Positions 45,075-55,752 are shown, numbered from the stretch's first letter. The stretch is DNA of 64,000 bases from Dehalococcoidia bacterium (GCA_965263185.1 OZ253588.1:311611-375610), one strand, 5' to 3'. Program-made: numbers and translations. The notes: generated from the sequence alone by a model not told the origin.

Positions 45075-45209
45075 AGGCTATGATAAAGGCCCTCCCAATC
45101 CGTCCAACGCCCAGGGGCTTATACAGGACAGGCAGGCGAGAGCTATGGCCACAGGCGCCTAGCTCTCGCTGTATTTGAGGAATCTCGCGGACAGTCCCAG
45201 GAGGAGTTC

Positions 45210-46454
45210 ATGAGCGTTCTAGCATCGAGCGACCCGGACGTGGCCTCGGCCATCGAGAAAGAGGGCGAGAGGCAGCAGAGGAGTATCGTCCTGATCGCCT
45301 CGGAGAACTACGTGAGCCAGGCTGTGCTTGAGGCCCAGGGGTCTCACCTAACCAACAAGTACGCGGAAGGCTACCCAGGACGGCGCTACTACGGCGGCTG
45401 CGAATACGTGGACATCGTCGAGCAGCTGGCCATAGACAGGAGCAAGGCCCTGTTCGGGGCAGAGCACTCCAACGTACAACCTCACAGCGGCGCCCAGGCC
45501 AACATGGCTGCCTACTTCTCCCTCCTGGAACCCGGGGACGTGGTGCTGGGGATGCGCCTGGACCAAGGGGGCCACCTCACCCACGGCAGCCAGGTGAATT
45601 TCTCCGGCAAGCTGTACAACTTTGTGGCCTACGGGGTAGACCGAGAAACGGAGCATATAGACTACGACGAGGTGGAACGCCTGGCCCACGAACACAAGCC
45701 AAAGGTCATAGTAGCCGGATACACCGCTTATCCCAGGACCATCGACTTTCAGAGGTTCCGCCAGATAGCAGACGCCGTAGGCGCGATTCTGATGGTGGAC
45801 ATGGCCCACATCTCCGGCCTCATCGCAGCAGGAGAGCACCCCTCTCCCCTGCCCCACGCTCAGGTGGTCACCTCCACCACCCACAAGACTTTGCGCGGCC
45901 CTAGAGGAGCGTTTATACTCTCCACCGAGGAGTTGGGGCGGAGCATAGACCGAGCGGTATTTCCTCAGACTCAAGGCGGGCCTCTCATGCACATAATTGC
46001 GGCCAAAGCGGTGGCCTTTGGCGAGGCGGCTCAGCCGGAGTTCAGGGAGTACCAGCGCTCCATAGTAGAGAACGCACGCTCGCTGGCGCAGGGTCTCACG
46101 GAGGGCGGACTGAGAGTGGTATCTGGTGGAACGGACAATCACTTGGCGCTGGTGGACGTTACCCCCCTGGGAGTCACCGGCCAGCAGGCGGAAACGGCTC
46201 TGGGCAAGGTGAACATCACGGTGAACAAGAACGCCATACCCTTCGACTCCCGTCCGCCCAGAGTCACCAGCGGACTGCGTCTGGGCACGCCGTCAGTCTC
46301 CAGTCGCGGCTTTGGCCCCCGGGAGATGCAGGACATAGCAAGGCTCATCGTCAAGACCATTTCCAACATAGAGGACGGAGTGGTGGAGAAGGAGGTCAGG
46401 GAGGACGTGGAGGCAATGACCTCCAGGTTTCCAACGCCGGGCCTTCATGCCTAG
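45210..46454 (+). CDS. glyA: serine hydroxymethyltransferase
   Basis: [42 protein letters not shown]. Confidence 0.97.
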   Translation: MSVLASSDPDVASAIEKEGERQQRSIVLIASENYVSQAVLEAQGSHLTNKYAEGYPGRRYYGGCEYVDIVEQLAIDRSKALFGAEHSNVQPHSGAQANMAAYFSLLEPGDVVLGMRLDQGGHLTHGSQVNFSGKLYNFVAYGVDRETEHIDYDEVERLAHEHKPKVIVAGYTAYPRTIDFQRFRQIADAVGAILMVDMAHISGLIAAGEHPSPLPHAQVVTSTTHKTLRGPRGAFILSTEELGRSIDRAVFPQTQGGPLMHIIAAKAVAFGEAAQPEFREYQRSIVENARSLAQGLTEGGLRVVSGGTDNHLALVDVTPLGVTGQQAETALGKVNITVNKNAIPFDSRPPRVTSGLRLGTPSVSSRGFGPREMQDIARLIVKTISNIEDGVVEKEVREDVEAMTSRFPTPGLHA

Positions 46455-46560
46455 CAAGACATTCGTTGTAGCTTCACCACCGCAGTGGTATAATATCCCC
46501 GCTTTACATACCAGTTTCAAACGATAGGAGAGGCCTGTTGAACAAGCCAGGAGAATCACA

Positions 46561-47082
46561 GTGAGATACTATGAACTAATGATCGTAGTGTCGCCCCAGG
46601 TAGACGACGAAGGGCTATCCGCGACACTGGACAGGATGAACGGCTACGTCACCCAACGCGGCGGCAGCGTCGTCCGTCAGGAGCGGTGGGGCCAGTTGAG
46701 GAGACTAGCCTACCCCATCAGAAACTACAACGAAGGCAACTACGTGCTCACGCATCTTGAGATGGACCCTCAAGACACAAAGGCGCTGGAGGCCAGTCTA
46801 ATGCTCTCGGAGGATGTGCTGAGGCACCTCTTGGTCAAGATAGAGGCCATTCCACCCGCGAGAGCGGAGCAGGCGCCCAGGCCCCAAGCCGCCGAGGCCG
46901 TATCCACGGAAGGACTCACAGAGGTTGGCGAGGAGGTCTCCCAGGAGGCTCCCGTTGCCGTTGTGGAAGAGGAGCCTCAGGCCACAGCCGAAGCCCAGGC
47001 CGCCGTTGCGGAAGAGGAGCCTCAGCCCACAGCAGAAGCCCATGGGTCTCCGGAAGAAGAGACGGGAGAGGGCGCGCAGTGA
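46561..47082 (+). CDS. rpsF: 30S ribosomal protein S6 with acidic C-terminal tail
   Basis: RYYELM, WG..RRLAYPI, EDVLRHL; first gene of rpsF-ssb-rpsR. Confidence 0.93.
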   Translation: MRYYELMIVVSPQVDDEGLSATLDRMNGYVTQRGGSVVRQERWGQLRRLAYPIRNYNEGNYVLTHLEMDPQDTKALEASLMLSEDVLRHLLVKIEAIPPARAEQAPRPQAAEAVSTEGLTEVGEEVSQEAPVAVVEEEPQATAEAQAAVAEEEPQPTAEAHGSPEEETGEGAQ

Positions 47083-47120
47083 CCCCGTAGCGCAACGTGC
47101 GCTGGGAAAGGAGCAATGTC

Positions 47121-47519
47121 ATGGTGGGATTGAACAAAATGATGGTGATTGGCAATCTTGGGACTGACCCTGAGATGCGCTATACTCCCAGCGGCAATCC
47201 AGTGACATCCTTTCGCATTGCCACCACCAGGACGTACACCAGCGCCGACGGTGAAAGACAGCAGGACACGGAGTGGTTTACGGTAGTCGCATGGAACCAG
47301 CTTGCAGAGCTATGCAACCAATATCTGAGCAAGGGACGCCGCGCCTACGTAGACGGGAGGCTCCACACCAATTCCTGGGAGGGGCCGGACGGACAGACCC
47401 GCTTTCGCAACGAGATCATCGCAGACCGCGTTCTGTTCTTGGACCGTCAGCCTACCGGCCAGTCCGGCGCGGGCGATCAGGGCGCGCCTCCGATAGAAGC
47501 GGATGACCTACCCTTCTAA
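47121..47519 (+). CDS. ssb: single-stranded DNA-binding protein
   Basis: LNK...IGNLG.DPEMRYTPSG, TEWF.VV.W, C-terminal DDLPF. Confidence 0.96.
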   Translation: MVGLNKMMVIGNLGTDPEMRYTPSGNPVTSFRIATTRTYTSADGERQQDTEWFTVVAWNQLAELCNQYLSKGRRAYVDGRLHTNSWEGPDGQTRFRNEIIADRVLFLDRQPTGQSGAGDQGAPPIEADDLPF

Positions 47520-47579
47520 AGCTGAGAAGCGCATGACCACGATATCCTCAGTAAACCGGTGATAGGAGCAGAATAGTAC

Positions 47580-47867
47580 ATGGTTACAAGGTTCAGACCG
47601 GGAAACACCAGAAGGCGTGGAAGGCCCAGATTTTACACCAGGCGCAGAGTTTGCGCCTTCTGCGTGGAACACATATCGGAGATAGACTACAAAGACATAT
47701 CCAGAATGCGCCGCTACGTCTCAGAAAGGGCTCGCATAGAGCCCCGGCGCAAGACGGGCAACTGCGCCAGGCACCAGAGAGCGCTCACCCTTGCCATCAA
47801 GCGAGCAAGGCATCTGGCGCTGGTCCCATTCATTCAGGGCCACCCACGCATGGAAAGGGAGGCATAA
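47580..47867 (+). CDS. rpsR: 30S ribosomal protein S18 (Zn-binding C+ type)
   Basis: [25 protein letters not shown]. Confidence 0.96.
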   Translation: MVTRFRPGNTRRRGRPRFYTRRRVCAFCVEHISEIDYKDISRMRRYVSERARIEPRRKTGNCARHQRALTLAIKRARHLALVPFIQGHPRMEREA

Positions 47868-47951
47868 GTTTAGCGCGAGCGCTCCACCCACTTCAGACAC
47901 GGCAGACGCGTGCATCCCGCCGGTGACGCCTTAGTAATTGCAAGCAAAGAC

Positions 47952-49028
47952 ATGGCAAGATCAAGAAGCCCCGTAATAATTCGTCCCAGCCAGAGACGGC
48001 AGAGGTCCAAGCTGCAGAGAGAGCAAGCCAAGCAGCGGGCTCTCATTGTGGCGGGCATCATTGCCGTCCTGTTCATCCTGGCTATACCGGCTTACGGCTA
48101 CTGGGCCAACTTCGTCGCCCCGCCAAGAAGCGTGGTGTTGCAGGTGGATGACACAAAATTTACCCTGGGGTTCATGTCCAGATACATGAGGGGGCTGCAA
48201 GCATTGGGCGGCCAGATCAACCTGAGCGTTGAGCCGTTCCGATTCCTGCAACAGCTGCAACAGGATGAGATAGCCAGAATCGGAGCAGCCAGACTGGGAA
48301 TCAGCGTGGACTCGTCTGAGATAGACCAGGAGGTGAGAGACAGGATCATAGGCAGGTCGCCGGAGTTGGCAGATGTTCCTCCGGACCAGTTGGACAGGGA
48401 GTTCAACGAAGCCTACAGGCAATACCTGGACACCTCCAACCTGGCAGAGGGTGAGAACCGCGACTTCGTGGAGGCCTCCCTTCTTCGAGACAGGCTCAGA
48501 GATTACCTTGGCGCAAACGTCCCGGACACCGCCAAGCAGGTCAACATGTCGTGGATAGTCATCTCCTCCAGGCAGTCGGAGGGAGATGACGCGGCCCTGG
48601 CTGCCCTGGAAACCGTCCAGGAGGTGACCCAGAGACTCGAACGGGGAGAGGACTTTGCCGCCCTTGCAGAGGCCTTCTCAGACGACCGCAACAGCGCGGT
48701 GAACGGCGGCGAATACGGATGGATCCCGGAAGGCACCCTTGGCATTCTGGATGAGACCATATTCTCCCTGGAACCCGGCCAGGTGAGCGATGCGGTGGGC
48801 ACCGGAGAATTCACCTATTTCTTCAAGGTCACAGAGGTGGAAGAGGCCAGGGTCGTGCAGCCCGACCAGATAGACCGCCTGCGTGAGACCAAGCTCCAGG
48901 AATGGCTTGTCGAAGAGCGCGGAAACCACCGCATAACCTCGTGCTTCGGCGGCGGGTCCGCCGGAGGCCCGTGCGATTGGCAGTACGACTGGCTGGTTAA
49001 GCAAATGAGCGAGGCGTCGCTTGAATAG
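47952..49028 (+). CDS. membrane-anchored parvulin-type peptidyl-prolyl isomerase (SurA/PrsA-like)
   Basis: N-terminal TM; GEDFAALA..FSDD..SA.NGGE.GW, FSL.PGQVS. Confidence 0.82.
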   Translation: MARSRSPVIIRPSQRRQRSKLQREQAKQRALIVAGIIAVLFILAIPAYGYWANFVAPPRSVVLQVDDTKFTLGFMSRYMRGLQALGGQINLSVEPFRFLQQLQQDEIARIGAARLGISVDSSEIDQEVRDRIIGRSPELADVPPDQLDREFNEAYRQYLDTSNLAEGENRDFVEASLLRDRLRDYLGANVPDTAKQVNMSWIVISSRQSEGDDAALAALETVQEVTQRLERGEDFAALAEAFSDDRNSAVNGGEYGWIPEGTLGILDETIFSLEPGQVSDAVGTGEFTYFFKVTEVEEARVVQPDQIDRLRETKLQEWLVEERGNHRITSCFGGGSAGGPCDWQYDWLVKQMSEASLE

Positions 49029-49036
49029 AGGGTAGT

Positions 49037-50341
49037 GTGCCATCCACTGACGGGTCCATAAACGTGGGCCTTCTGGGACTGGGCGTCGTGGGGGGCGGGG
49101 TGGTGAAAGCCCTGACGCAAAAGAGCGCCCTTATCACCCAAAAAATGGGGTGTTCTGTCCGTATTACCCGCATACTGGTCAAGGATCCTGACAAACCCAG
49201 GGAGACGGAAGCGCCCAAAGATATCATAACCACCGATCCGTCCCACATCCTGGAAGATGCCGGCATAGACCTGGTTGCAGAGGCAATGGGGGGCGAGAGG
49301 CCCGCCCTGGACTACCTGCTCAAAGCTCTACAAGCGGGCAAATCCGTGGTCACCGCCAACAAAGAGGTGATGGCCAAGCACGGCCCGGAGCTTCTTGAGC
49401 TGGCTAACAAGAAGGGAGTCCGGCTTCTCTTTGAGGCCAGCGTTGGAGGAGGCATTCCCATACTGGGGCCGCTGACCAGGGACCTGAGGGGCAACGAGAT
49501 AAAGGCCACTCGCGCCATAATCAACGGCACCACCAACTACGTGCTAACCAAGATGACACACGAGGGCATGGAGTTTGCGCAGGCGCTGAAGGAAGCCCAG
49601 GAGCTTGGGTACGCCGAGGCAGACCCCACCAACGACGTGGAGGGCATAGACGCCGGCTACAAGCTGGCAATTCTAGCCACCCTTGCCTTCCAGACCAGGG
49701 TGGCCGCCCAGGACATCTACCGAGAGGGCATCTCACGCCTGACGGCCAGGGACTTCCGCTACGCCCGCGAGCTGGGGTACATCATAAAGCTGATGGCCAT
49801 CGCCAGAAGAGACGGAGACCGACTGGAGGCTCGAGTGCACCCGGCGCTGATCCCCCAGGACGCGCCCCTGGCAAAAGTCGATGGCGTGCTGAACGCGGTG
49901 GAAGTGGAGGGAGACCTAGTGGACAAGGTGCTGTTCCACGGCCGCGGCGCCGGTTCCATGCCCACAGCCAGCGCCATGATAGGAGACATACTGGAGGCGG
50001 CATCGGACATAGCCAGAGGGACACCCGCCGCCAACAGATTCCCTCCACCGAACAGAGTGTTGACCCTCAGCCCCATTGCAGACCTGACAACGCGCTACTA
50101 CATCCGCGCAACCGTATTGGATAGCGCCGGAGTGCTGGCCCAGATGTCCTCCATTCTTGGCAACCTCCGGATAAGCATCGCCTCTGTAATTCAGAAGGAG
50201 GCCGACCCCAGGGAAGGGACGGCGGAACTGGTCATAACCACTCACCCATCGCTGGAGAGGGACGTCCAACAGGCGCTGCATGAGTTGGAGAAGCTAGAGG
50301 TGGTGAGGGAGATAGGCAACCTCCTGCGAATGGAGGAGTAA
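49037..50341 (+). CDS. hom: homoserine dehydrogenase with ACT domain
   Basis: GLGVVGGG, VVTANK, FEASVGGGIP, NGTTNY, GYAEADPT.DVEG.DA. Confidence 0.96.
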   Translation: MPSTDGSINVGLLGLGVVGGGVVKALTQKSALITQKMGCSVRITRILVKDPDKPRETEAPKDIITTDPSHILEDAGIDLVAEAMGGERPALDYLLKALQAGKSVVTANKEVMAKHGPELLELANKKGVRLLFEASVGGGIPILGPLTRDLRGNEIKATRAIINGTTNYVLTKMTHEGMEFAQALKEAQELGYAEADPTNDVEGIDAGYKLAILATLAFQTRVAAQDIYREGISRLTARDFRYARELGYIIKLMAIARRDGDRLEARVHPALIPQDAPLAKVDGVLNAVEVEGDLVDKVLFHGRGAGSMPTASAMIGDILEAASDIARGTPAANRFPPPNRVLTLSPIADLTTRYYIRATVLDSAGVLAQMSSILGNLRISIASVIQKEADPREGTAELVITTHPSLERDVQQALHELEKLEVVREIGNLLRMEE

Positions 50342-50366
50342 ACTCAACCCAAGGAAGCGTGGATAC

Positions 50367-51452
50367 ATGAGAGAAGGCGTCCTTGAGAGATACCGTGATT
50401 TCCTGGAGATCACTCCCAATACCCCAATGATATCTATGGGCGAAGGGAGCACGCCCCTGGTCAAGTCCCGTTTCATTGGCAGCCGGCTTGGATGCGACGA
50501 GCTTTACTTCAAACTTGAGGGGTGCAATCCGTCCGGGTCTTTCAAGGACCGCGGTATGGTGATGGCGGTTGCAAAAGCAATGGAGATGGGGAGCGCCGCC
50601 ATAATGTGCGCCTCTACAGGCAACACCAGCGCCTCCGCCGCGGCCTACGGCGCCTACTGCGGCCTTGCCACCATCGTCCTGGTTCCCGGAAGAGACGTGG
50701 CCTTTGGGAAGATGGCCCAGGCCATGGCCTTTGGCCCCAGGATACTGGTGATCAACGGCACCTTTGACCAGGCCCTTGAAATGGTGCGGGACTTCACCAG
50801 GCGGTACCCGGTTACCCTGGTCAACTCACTGAACCCTCACCGGCTGGAGGGACAGAAAACCGCGGCCTTCGAGATCGTAGACGACTTGGGAGACGCGCCG
50901 GACTATCTCTTCATACCGGTTGGAAACGCCGGAAATATAACCGCCTACTGGAGAGGGTTCTGCGAGTACAACAACATCGGCAGGGCAGCGCAGAGACCTC
51001 GCATGATGGGTTTCCAGGCAGAGGGGGCGGCCCCCATAGTGTTGGGAACGCCGATTGCAGAGCCCCGGACGGTGGCCTCTGCCATACAGATAGGCAACCC
51101 GGCCAGTTGGGCCGAAGCCCTGAAGGCTCGTGACGAGTCCAACGGCGCCATCGACTCCGTGTCGGACGATGAGATTCTCGCGGCATACAGGCTGCTCGCC
51201 GGCAAGGAGGGCATCTTTGGGGAGCCTGCCTCCGCAGCGTCCGTTGCGGGGCTGATAAAGCTGTCCGAAGCGGGAATGACCCTCCACAACAAACGGGTGG
51301 TATGCGTTATCACCGGCACAGGGTTGAAGGACCCGGACCTGGCGTCCCAGCAGGCCGATATGTCAGTTCAGGAGCTGCCCCTTGAGCTGGGAGCTATGGA
51401 GGAGGTCCTGGAAGAGGTGATACAGGGGACGCTGAGCTTGGGGCGAATGTGA
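50367..51452 (+). CDS. thrC: threonine synthase
   Basis: EG.NPSGSFKDRGM, CASTGNTSAS, PVGNAGN, EPASAAS, TG.GLKDP. Confidence 0.95.
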   Translation: MREGVLERYRDFLEITPNTPMISMGEGSTPLVKSRFIGSRLGCDELYFKLEGCNPSGSFKDRGMVMAVAKAMEMGSAAIMCASTGNTSASAAAYGAYCGLATIVLVPGRDVAFGKMAQAMAFGPRILVINGTFDQALEMVRDFTRRYPVTLVNSLNPHRLEGQKTAAFEIVDDLGDAPDYLFIPVGNAGNITAYWRGFCEYNNIGRAAQRPRMMGFQAEGAAPIVLGTPIAEPRTVASAIQIGNPASWAEALKARDESNGAIDSVSDDEILAAYRLLAGKEGIFGEPASAASVAGLIKLSEAGMTLHNKRVVCVITGTGLKDPDLASQQADMSVQELPLELGAMEEVLEEVIQGTLSLGRM

Positions 51453-51532
51453 CGCGGAAAGACCCGAAGGCGCGCCGGAGTATTCCGCAATCCGTCAAGT
51501 GTCATAGGAACACCCTTCAGATAGGAGTTTAA

Positions 51533-52513
51533 GTGGCTTATTCCTTTAGCCTAGAGAGCTTCCAGACCATAGAGGAGGAATGGGAGCGCCTTCTCCCAAA
51601 CAGCGTAGCCAACAACATCTTCCTGACCCCGTACTGGCAGAGAGCTTGGTGGGAGAGCATGAACGCCGCCGGGCAGGAGCTCAGAATCGTCAAGGTCGTG
51701 GAGGATGAAGCCACCATAGGCATAGCGCCCCTTGTGAAAAGCCACGGGCTGGTTACGTTCCTGGGCGGAACGGACCTGTGGGACATCCACGATTTCATTG
51801 TGACAAAGGGGAAGGAAGAGGCGTTCCTTCTGACCTTCATGGAATACCTGCAAGGCGAGGAGTGGTCAGAGGTGCGGCTGGAGTCCCTGGTCGAAGGGTC
51901 GCCAACCCTGAGATACCTGCCGGCTATGGCCCAGGACAGAGGCTACACGGTAGAGCAATCGGATGAGGATGTCCTCATGGGAGTCGCCCTCCCGGACACC
52001 TGGGAAGAGTATCTCACGGGGCTGAGGAAGAAGGACCGCCACGAGCTGCGTCGAAAGCTGCGCCGCCTCGAGGAGTCCGTGGATTTCCACGTACAGCAGT
52101 TGAGCAATACCCACGACGTGTCCGAAGCTATGGACGACTTTCTGCACCTCATGGGACAGAGCAGAGAGGAGAAGTCCCTGTTCCTGACGGATGAAAGGGA
52201 CGCCTTCTTCCGGGACATGTCCTCCAGGATGGCGCAACGAGGCCTCCTGCGTATCTTCTTCCTGGAGGTGGAGGGCGTCAGAACGGCCGCTACGGTGTGC
52301 TTCGACTACAACAACTCCCGGTCTCTGTACAACAGCGGCCACAACACCGATTACGCTGCCCTGGGGACAGGATTCCTCCTCAAGGCCCTGTGCCTCAAGG
52401 ATGCCATCGGCGAAGGAAAGGACTACTTCGACCTCCTCCGCGGCGCAGAGGCGTACAAGCAGCACCTGGGAGCCGGCGGTCGCGGGCTATACCGCCTCTC
52501 CATACTCCGCTAG
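51533..52513 (+). CDS. GNAT family protein (CelD/BcsL-like, Acetyltransf_6)
   Basis: LP.TWEEYL..L.KK.RHELRRKLRRL, LYNSG, FDLLRG.E.YK..LG. Confidence 0.83.
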   Translation: MAYSFSLESFQTIEEEWERLLPNSVANNIFLTPYWQRAWWESMNAAGQELRIVKVVEDEATIGIAPLVKSHGLVTFLGGTDLWDIHDFIVTKGKEEAFLLTFMEYLQGEEWSEVRLESLVEGSPTLRYLPAMAQDRGYTVEQSDEDVLMGVALPDTWEEYLTGLRKKDRHELRRKLRRLEESVDFHVQQLSNTHDVSEAMDDFLHLMGQSREEKSLFLTDERDAFFRDMSSRMAQRGLLRIFFLEVEGVRTAATVCFDYNNSRSLYNSGHNTDYAALGTGFLLKALCLKDAIGEGKDYFDLLRGAEAYKQHLGAGGRGLYRLSILR

Positions 52514-52623
52514 ACTCCACGCAGAGGACGCTCAATGCCCATTCCGCTAGCCTCCACAGCCCATGAGGACAACGACCGCCCTCATCGCCGGAAACCTCTA
52601 TCCCTCCAGGCCGGGACGGGGCG

Positions 52624-53892
52624 ATGACGCGAGAACCCGAAGACTGCGCCGCCACTCCGTCACAGGATGGTTTGATAGAGCGAATCGCCATAGTCAGCGT
52701 TCACGGGTGTCCAATGGCCCAGCTGGGCAGCAAGGACACGGGCGGAATGAACGTATACATCCGCCACGTTGCGCGGGAGCTGAGCGACAGAGGGATATAC
52801 GTTGACATCTTCAGCCGTTGCCACAACCCCAATGACCCCCAGATAGAGGACGTGGCAGACCGCGCCAGAGTCATTCACGTCAGCGCGGGCGACTTCTCCG
52901 ACGACAAGACCACCCTACCAAATCACCTGCCGGAGTTCGTATGTGGGCTCCTGGAGTATACCGGGCGGCACAGCCTCTCCTACGACATCATCCACTCACA
53001 CTACTGGCTGTCGGGGCGGGTTGGGGCCATCCTGTCCAGGCGCTGGAACGTTCCACACGTAGCCACCTTCCATACCCTGGCGGAGATCAAGAAGCGCGCT
53101 CGGGCGGGAGAAAGGGAGCCTGAGGAGCGGTCGGTGGGTGAAGCCAAGGTAATCCGGTCTGCGGACTCCATAGTCGCCTTCAGCCGGCACGAGAGGGACG
53201 CCATGATACGCTTCTACGGCGCATCGGGCAGCAAGATAGCGGTAATCCCGTGCGGCGTTGACGTAGACCTCTTCAGGCCGTTGGACAAGGAAATGTCCCG
53301 AAGAAGGCTCGGCCTTCAGGACGAAAGGGTAGTCCTGTACGTGGGCAGGCTGGAACCCCTCAAGGGTGTGGACATCCTTCTCAAGGCAGTGGCCCAGTTG
53401 GAGCGCGGAGAGTCCGTGAAGACCCTCATAGTGGGTGGAGACCTGGAGGAAGACCAAGAGATGACGCGCCTGAAATCCCTGAGTCACCAGCTGGGTATAT
53501 CCGACCGGGTCAGCTTCCTGGGCAGCCTGAAGCAGCAGGAGCTCCCCTTCTACTACAGCGCAGCCGATATCTGCGTGGTGCCCTCCTACTACGAGAGCTT
53601 TGGACTGGTAGCGCTGGAGTCCATGGCCTGCGGCACCCCCGTGATTGCCTCACGGGTCGGCGGGCTACCCACGATAGTAAAGGATGGACTCAACGGCTAC
53701 CTCATACCGTGGCGGCGCCCGGAGCCCTTTGCAGACGGGATGGACGTTCTATTCGACAACTCAACCATCAGGAATGCCATGAGTGAGGCATCTCTGAAAA
53801 CCGCCATGTCCATGCGCTGGCCTGCTGTAGTAGACAGCCTCGTTGACTCCTACCATGCCTTGCTTGCCCCATCCAAGGCCACGGACGGCTGA
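52624..53892 (+). CDS. GT4 glycosyltransferase, MshA-like
   Basis: SVHGCP..QLG.KDTGGMNVY, IHSHYWLSG, FHTL, GRLEPLKG, PSYYESFGLVALE. Confidence 0.85.
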   Translation: MTREPEDCAATPSQDGLIERIAIVSVHGCPMAQLGSKDTGGMNVYIRHVARELSDRGIYVDIFSRCHNPNDPQIEDVADRARVIHVSAGDFSDDKTTLPNHLPEFVCGLLEYTGRHSLSYDIIHSHYWLSGRVGAILSRRWNVPHVATFHTLAEIKKRARAGEREPEERSVGEAKVIRSADSIVAFSRHERDAMIRFYGASGSKIAVIPCGVDVDLFRPLDKEMSRRRLGLQDERVVLYVGRLEPLKGVDILLKAVAQLERGESVKTLIVGGDLEEDQEMTRLKSLSHQLGISDRVSFLGSLKQQELPFYYSAADICVVPSYYESFGLVALESMACGTPVIASRVGGLPTIVKDGLNGYLIPWRRPEPFADGMDVLFDNSTIRNAMSEASLKTAMSMRWPAVVDSLVDSYHALLAPSKATDG

Positions 53893-53905
53893 GAGATTGC
53901 GACTC

Positions 53906-54757
53906 ATGCTGCGCAGGGCCTGCTTACTCGAAATCGGCTATAAGCCGTCCGGACATGGCAACGCTCCGTCACGCCGCAGGAGCCCGTTAGCGCTGGACCT
54001 GCACACCCACATTCTTCCGGGCATAGACGACGGCCCGGCCACTCTGGAAGAGTCCATTGAGATGGCGCTCATAGCCTACGGCGACGGCACGCGTACGCTG
54101 GTGGCCTCCCCGCACAGCCGCGATGTCAACGAGAGGTCTTCAATAGCCGTCGCGAGATCCCTGGTGGAGCGGCTCAACCGGGAGCTTCTGGCCCGTTCCG
54201 TATCGCTGGAGGTCATCCTGGGGATGGAAAACCACTTGGCAATGGACACGCCGGACCAAGTGGACAATGGCACCGCCCTACCCATTCAGGGAACTCGATA
54301 CATTCTGGTGGAGCTGCCCTTTGAGTTCTACCCCTTCTATGCCGAAGATGCCCTGCTAAAGCTACGGCTCAGAGGCCTGCGGCCCATAGTAGTGCACCCT
54401 GAGAGAAACCTGGCCGTCCAGGATAACCCTCAACTCCTGGCTAACCTGGCGCGCAACGGAACCCTTTTCCAAATAACCGCGGGAAGCATATCCGGGCTTC
54501 TGGGGAGAGACCCCCAGAGGACTTCCAGGGAGCTCCTTCAACGGAACCTAGCCCACGTCATAGCGTCGGATGGCCATGCAGCGCGAGGCGCAAGGGCCCC
54601 CGTCCTCTCGCACGGAGTGGCGGCTGCGGCCGAGATAATCGGAGATGCAGCGGCTCGTAGAATGGTAGAGAGTGTCCCACAGGCCATCCTTCAAGACAGG
54701 GCGCCGGACTTGGGGCAACCGCCCGGAGACTCTACAAGCCGGGGTGGCGGCGCTTGA
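53906..54757 (+). CDS. CpsB/CapC-type PHP-family tyrosine-protein phosphatase (start uncertain)
   Basis: DLHTHILPGIDDG, SPH, GME, LVELP, HPERN, ASDGH. Confidence 0.88.
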   Translation: MLRRACLLEIGYKPSGHGNAPSRRRSPLALDLHTHILPGIDDGPATLEESIEMALIAYGDGTRTLVASPHSRDVNERSSIAVARSLVERLNRELLARSVSLEVILGMENHLAMDTPDQVDNGTALPIQGTRYILVELPFEFYPFYAEDALLKLRLRGLRPIVVHPERNLAVQDNPQLLANLARNGTLFQITAGSISGLLGRDPQRTSRELLQRNLAHVIASDGHAARGARAPVLSHGVAAAAEIIGDAAARRMVESVPQAILQDRAPDLGQPPGDSTSRGGGA

Positions 54758-54769
54758 TGCACCGGCCCG

Positions 54770-55360
54770 CTAGGCCAGGCAGAGGAATCGGGCCAGTCTT
54801 AGCGAGAGTGTGGGGAGCGGCTCTACACGCTTGAGTATCATGTACGACAGGCCCACCGATGCAACGCCAATGAGCGCTCCTCCCACCACGTCTAGGGGAT
54901 AGAATACCCCTGCATAGACCCGTGAGAAGCCATAAAGCAGGGCAACAACGTACATTGCAGAGCCTATTCTCCTGTTGATCATCCAGACCCCTGTCGCCAT
55001 TGCGACGGTAACCGCTACAGGATTGGCCGGGAACGAGGAGTCCGTAGGCGGGTAGAACAGCAACTCCACTTCAAGGGAGTCAAAGGGGCGGGTGCGAAAG
55101 TAGAACAGGTTGAAGATCTTGACAACCGCGCTGGCTACGCCAACGGACAGCCCTGCCAGCATTACTCCCCTCTGGTGCCGCTCTCGCATGGCCTGGTCGC
55201 CCCATGCAAACCAGATCCCCAGAAGCGCCAAAGAGAACACCACTGGAACCAGGTAGTCGCTCACCACCCACTGGACCACCCTGTCCCACGTGGACGAAGC
55301 GCCTACCCAGCCATTTATCCAGAGGAAAACTTCCGCGTCAACCTGTGATAGAGTTTCCAT
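54770..55360 (-). CDS. PAP2 family (undecaprenyl-diphosphate-type) phosphatase
   Basis: R.RPF, DSSFP, SRVYAGV.YP.DV..G; note catalytic His positions are substituted. Confidence 0.8.
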   Translation of the reverse strand: METLSQVDAEVFLWINGWVGASSTWDRVVQWVVSDYLVPVVFSLALLGIWFAWGDQAMRERHQRGVMLAGLSVGVASAVVKIFNLFYFRTRPFDSLEVELLFYPPTDSSFPANPVAVTVAMATGVWMINRRIGSAMYVVALLYGFSRVYAGVFYPLDVVGGALIGVASVGLSYMILKRVEPLPTLSLRLARFLCLA

Positions 55361-55752
55361 GCTATTGCCAGATTACGTGATAGAGCCTGAACAAAGGTGG
55401 TATCCCTGAGAGACGGCAATCCCTCGGTGGTATCCTCCGGCGCCTTCTCCTTGCTGAAGTTGATGAGGGACGTAACCAGAAACGTAACCAGCAAGGCCAG
55501 GAAGGCGCCCAGGCCGAAGAGGAAAAACTGGGACGCCCCGGCAATGCCTCCTCCCGTATCGGGTAGGTTTCTGCCTCCGTCCCAGAAGAACCACGTCAGG
55601 GAGACCAGTATAGTCCCCGCGCCTAAGAGGGCGGACAAGCCTCTGTTGCCGAAGATGAGCAGGCCCTTCAGCCCGCCATAAGCGGCTGCCATCTGCAACA
55701 CGCCGCAGCACCCTAGGAATACTAGAAGCAGGTATCCTTGCCCTAAGGTCAT
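55315..55752 (-). CDS. hypothetical membrane protein (3 TM)
   Basis: three hydrophobic segments, overlaps the PAP2 gene start. Confidence 0.6.
   Translation of the reverse strand: MTLGQGYLLLVFLGCCGVLQMAAAYGGLKGLLIFGNRGLSALLGAGTILVSLTWFFWDGGRNLPDTGGGIAGASQFFLFGLGAFLALLVTFLVTSLINFSKEKAPEDTTEGLPSLRDTTFVQALSRNLAIAWKLYHRLTRKFSSG

Noticed and set aside
46950-47045. 45-bp duplication in the rpsF tail
   Set aside because: Low-complexity acidic S6 extensions are common
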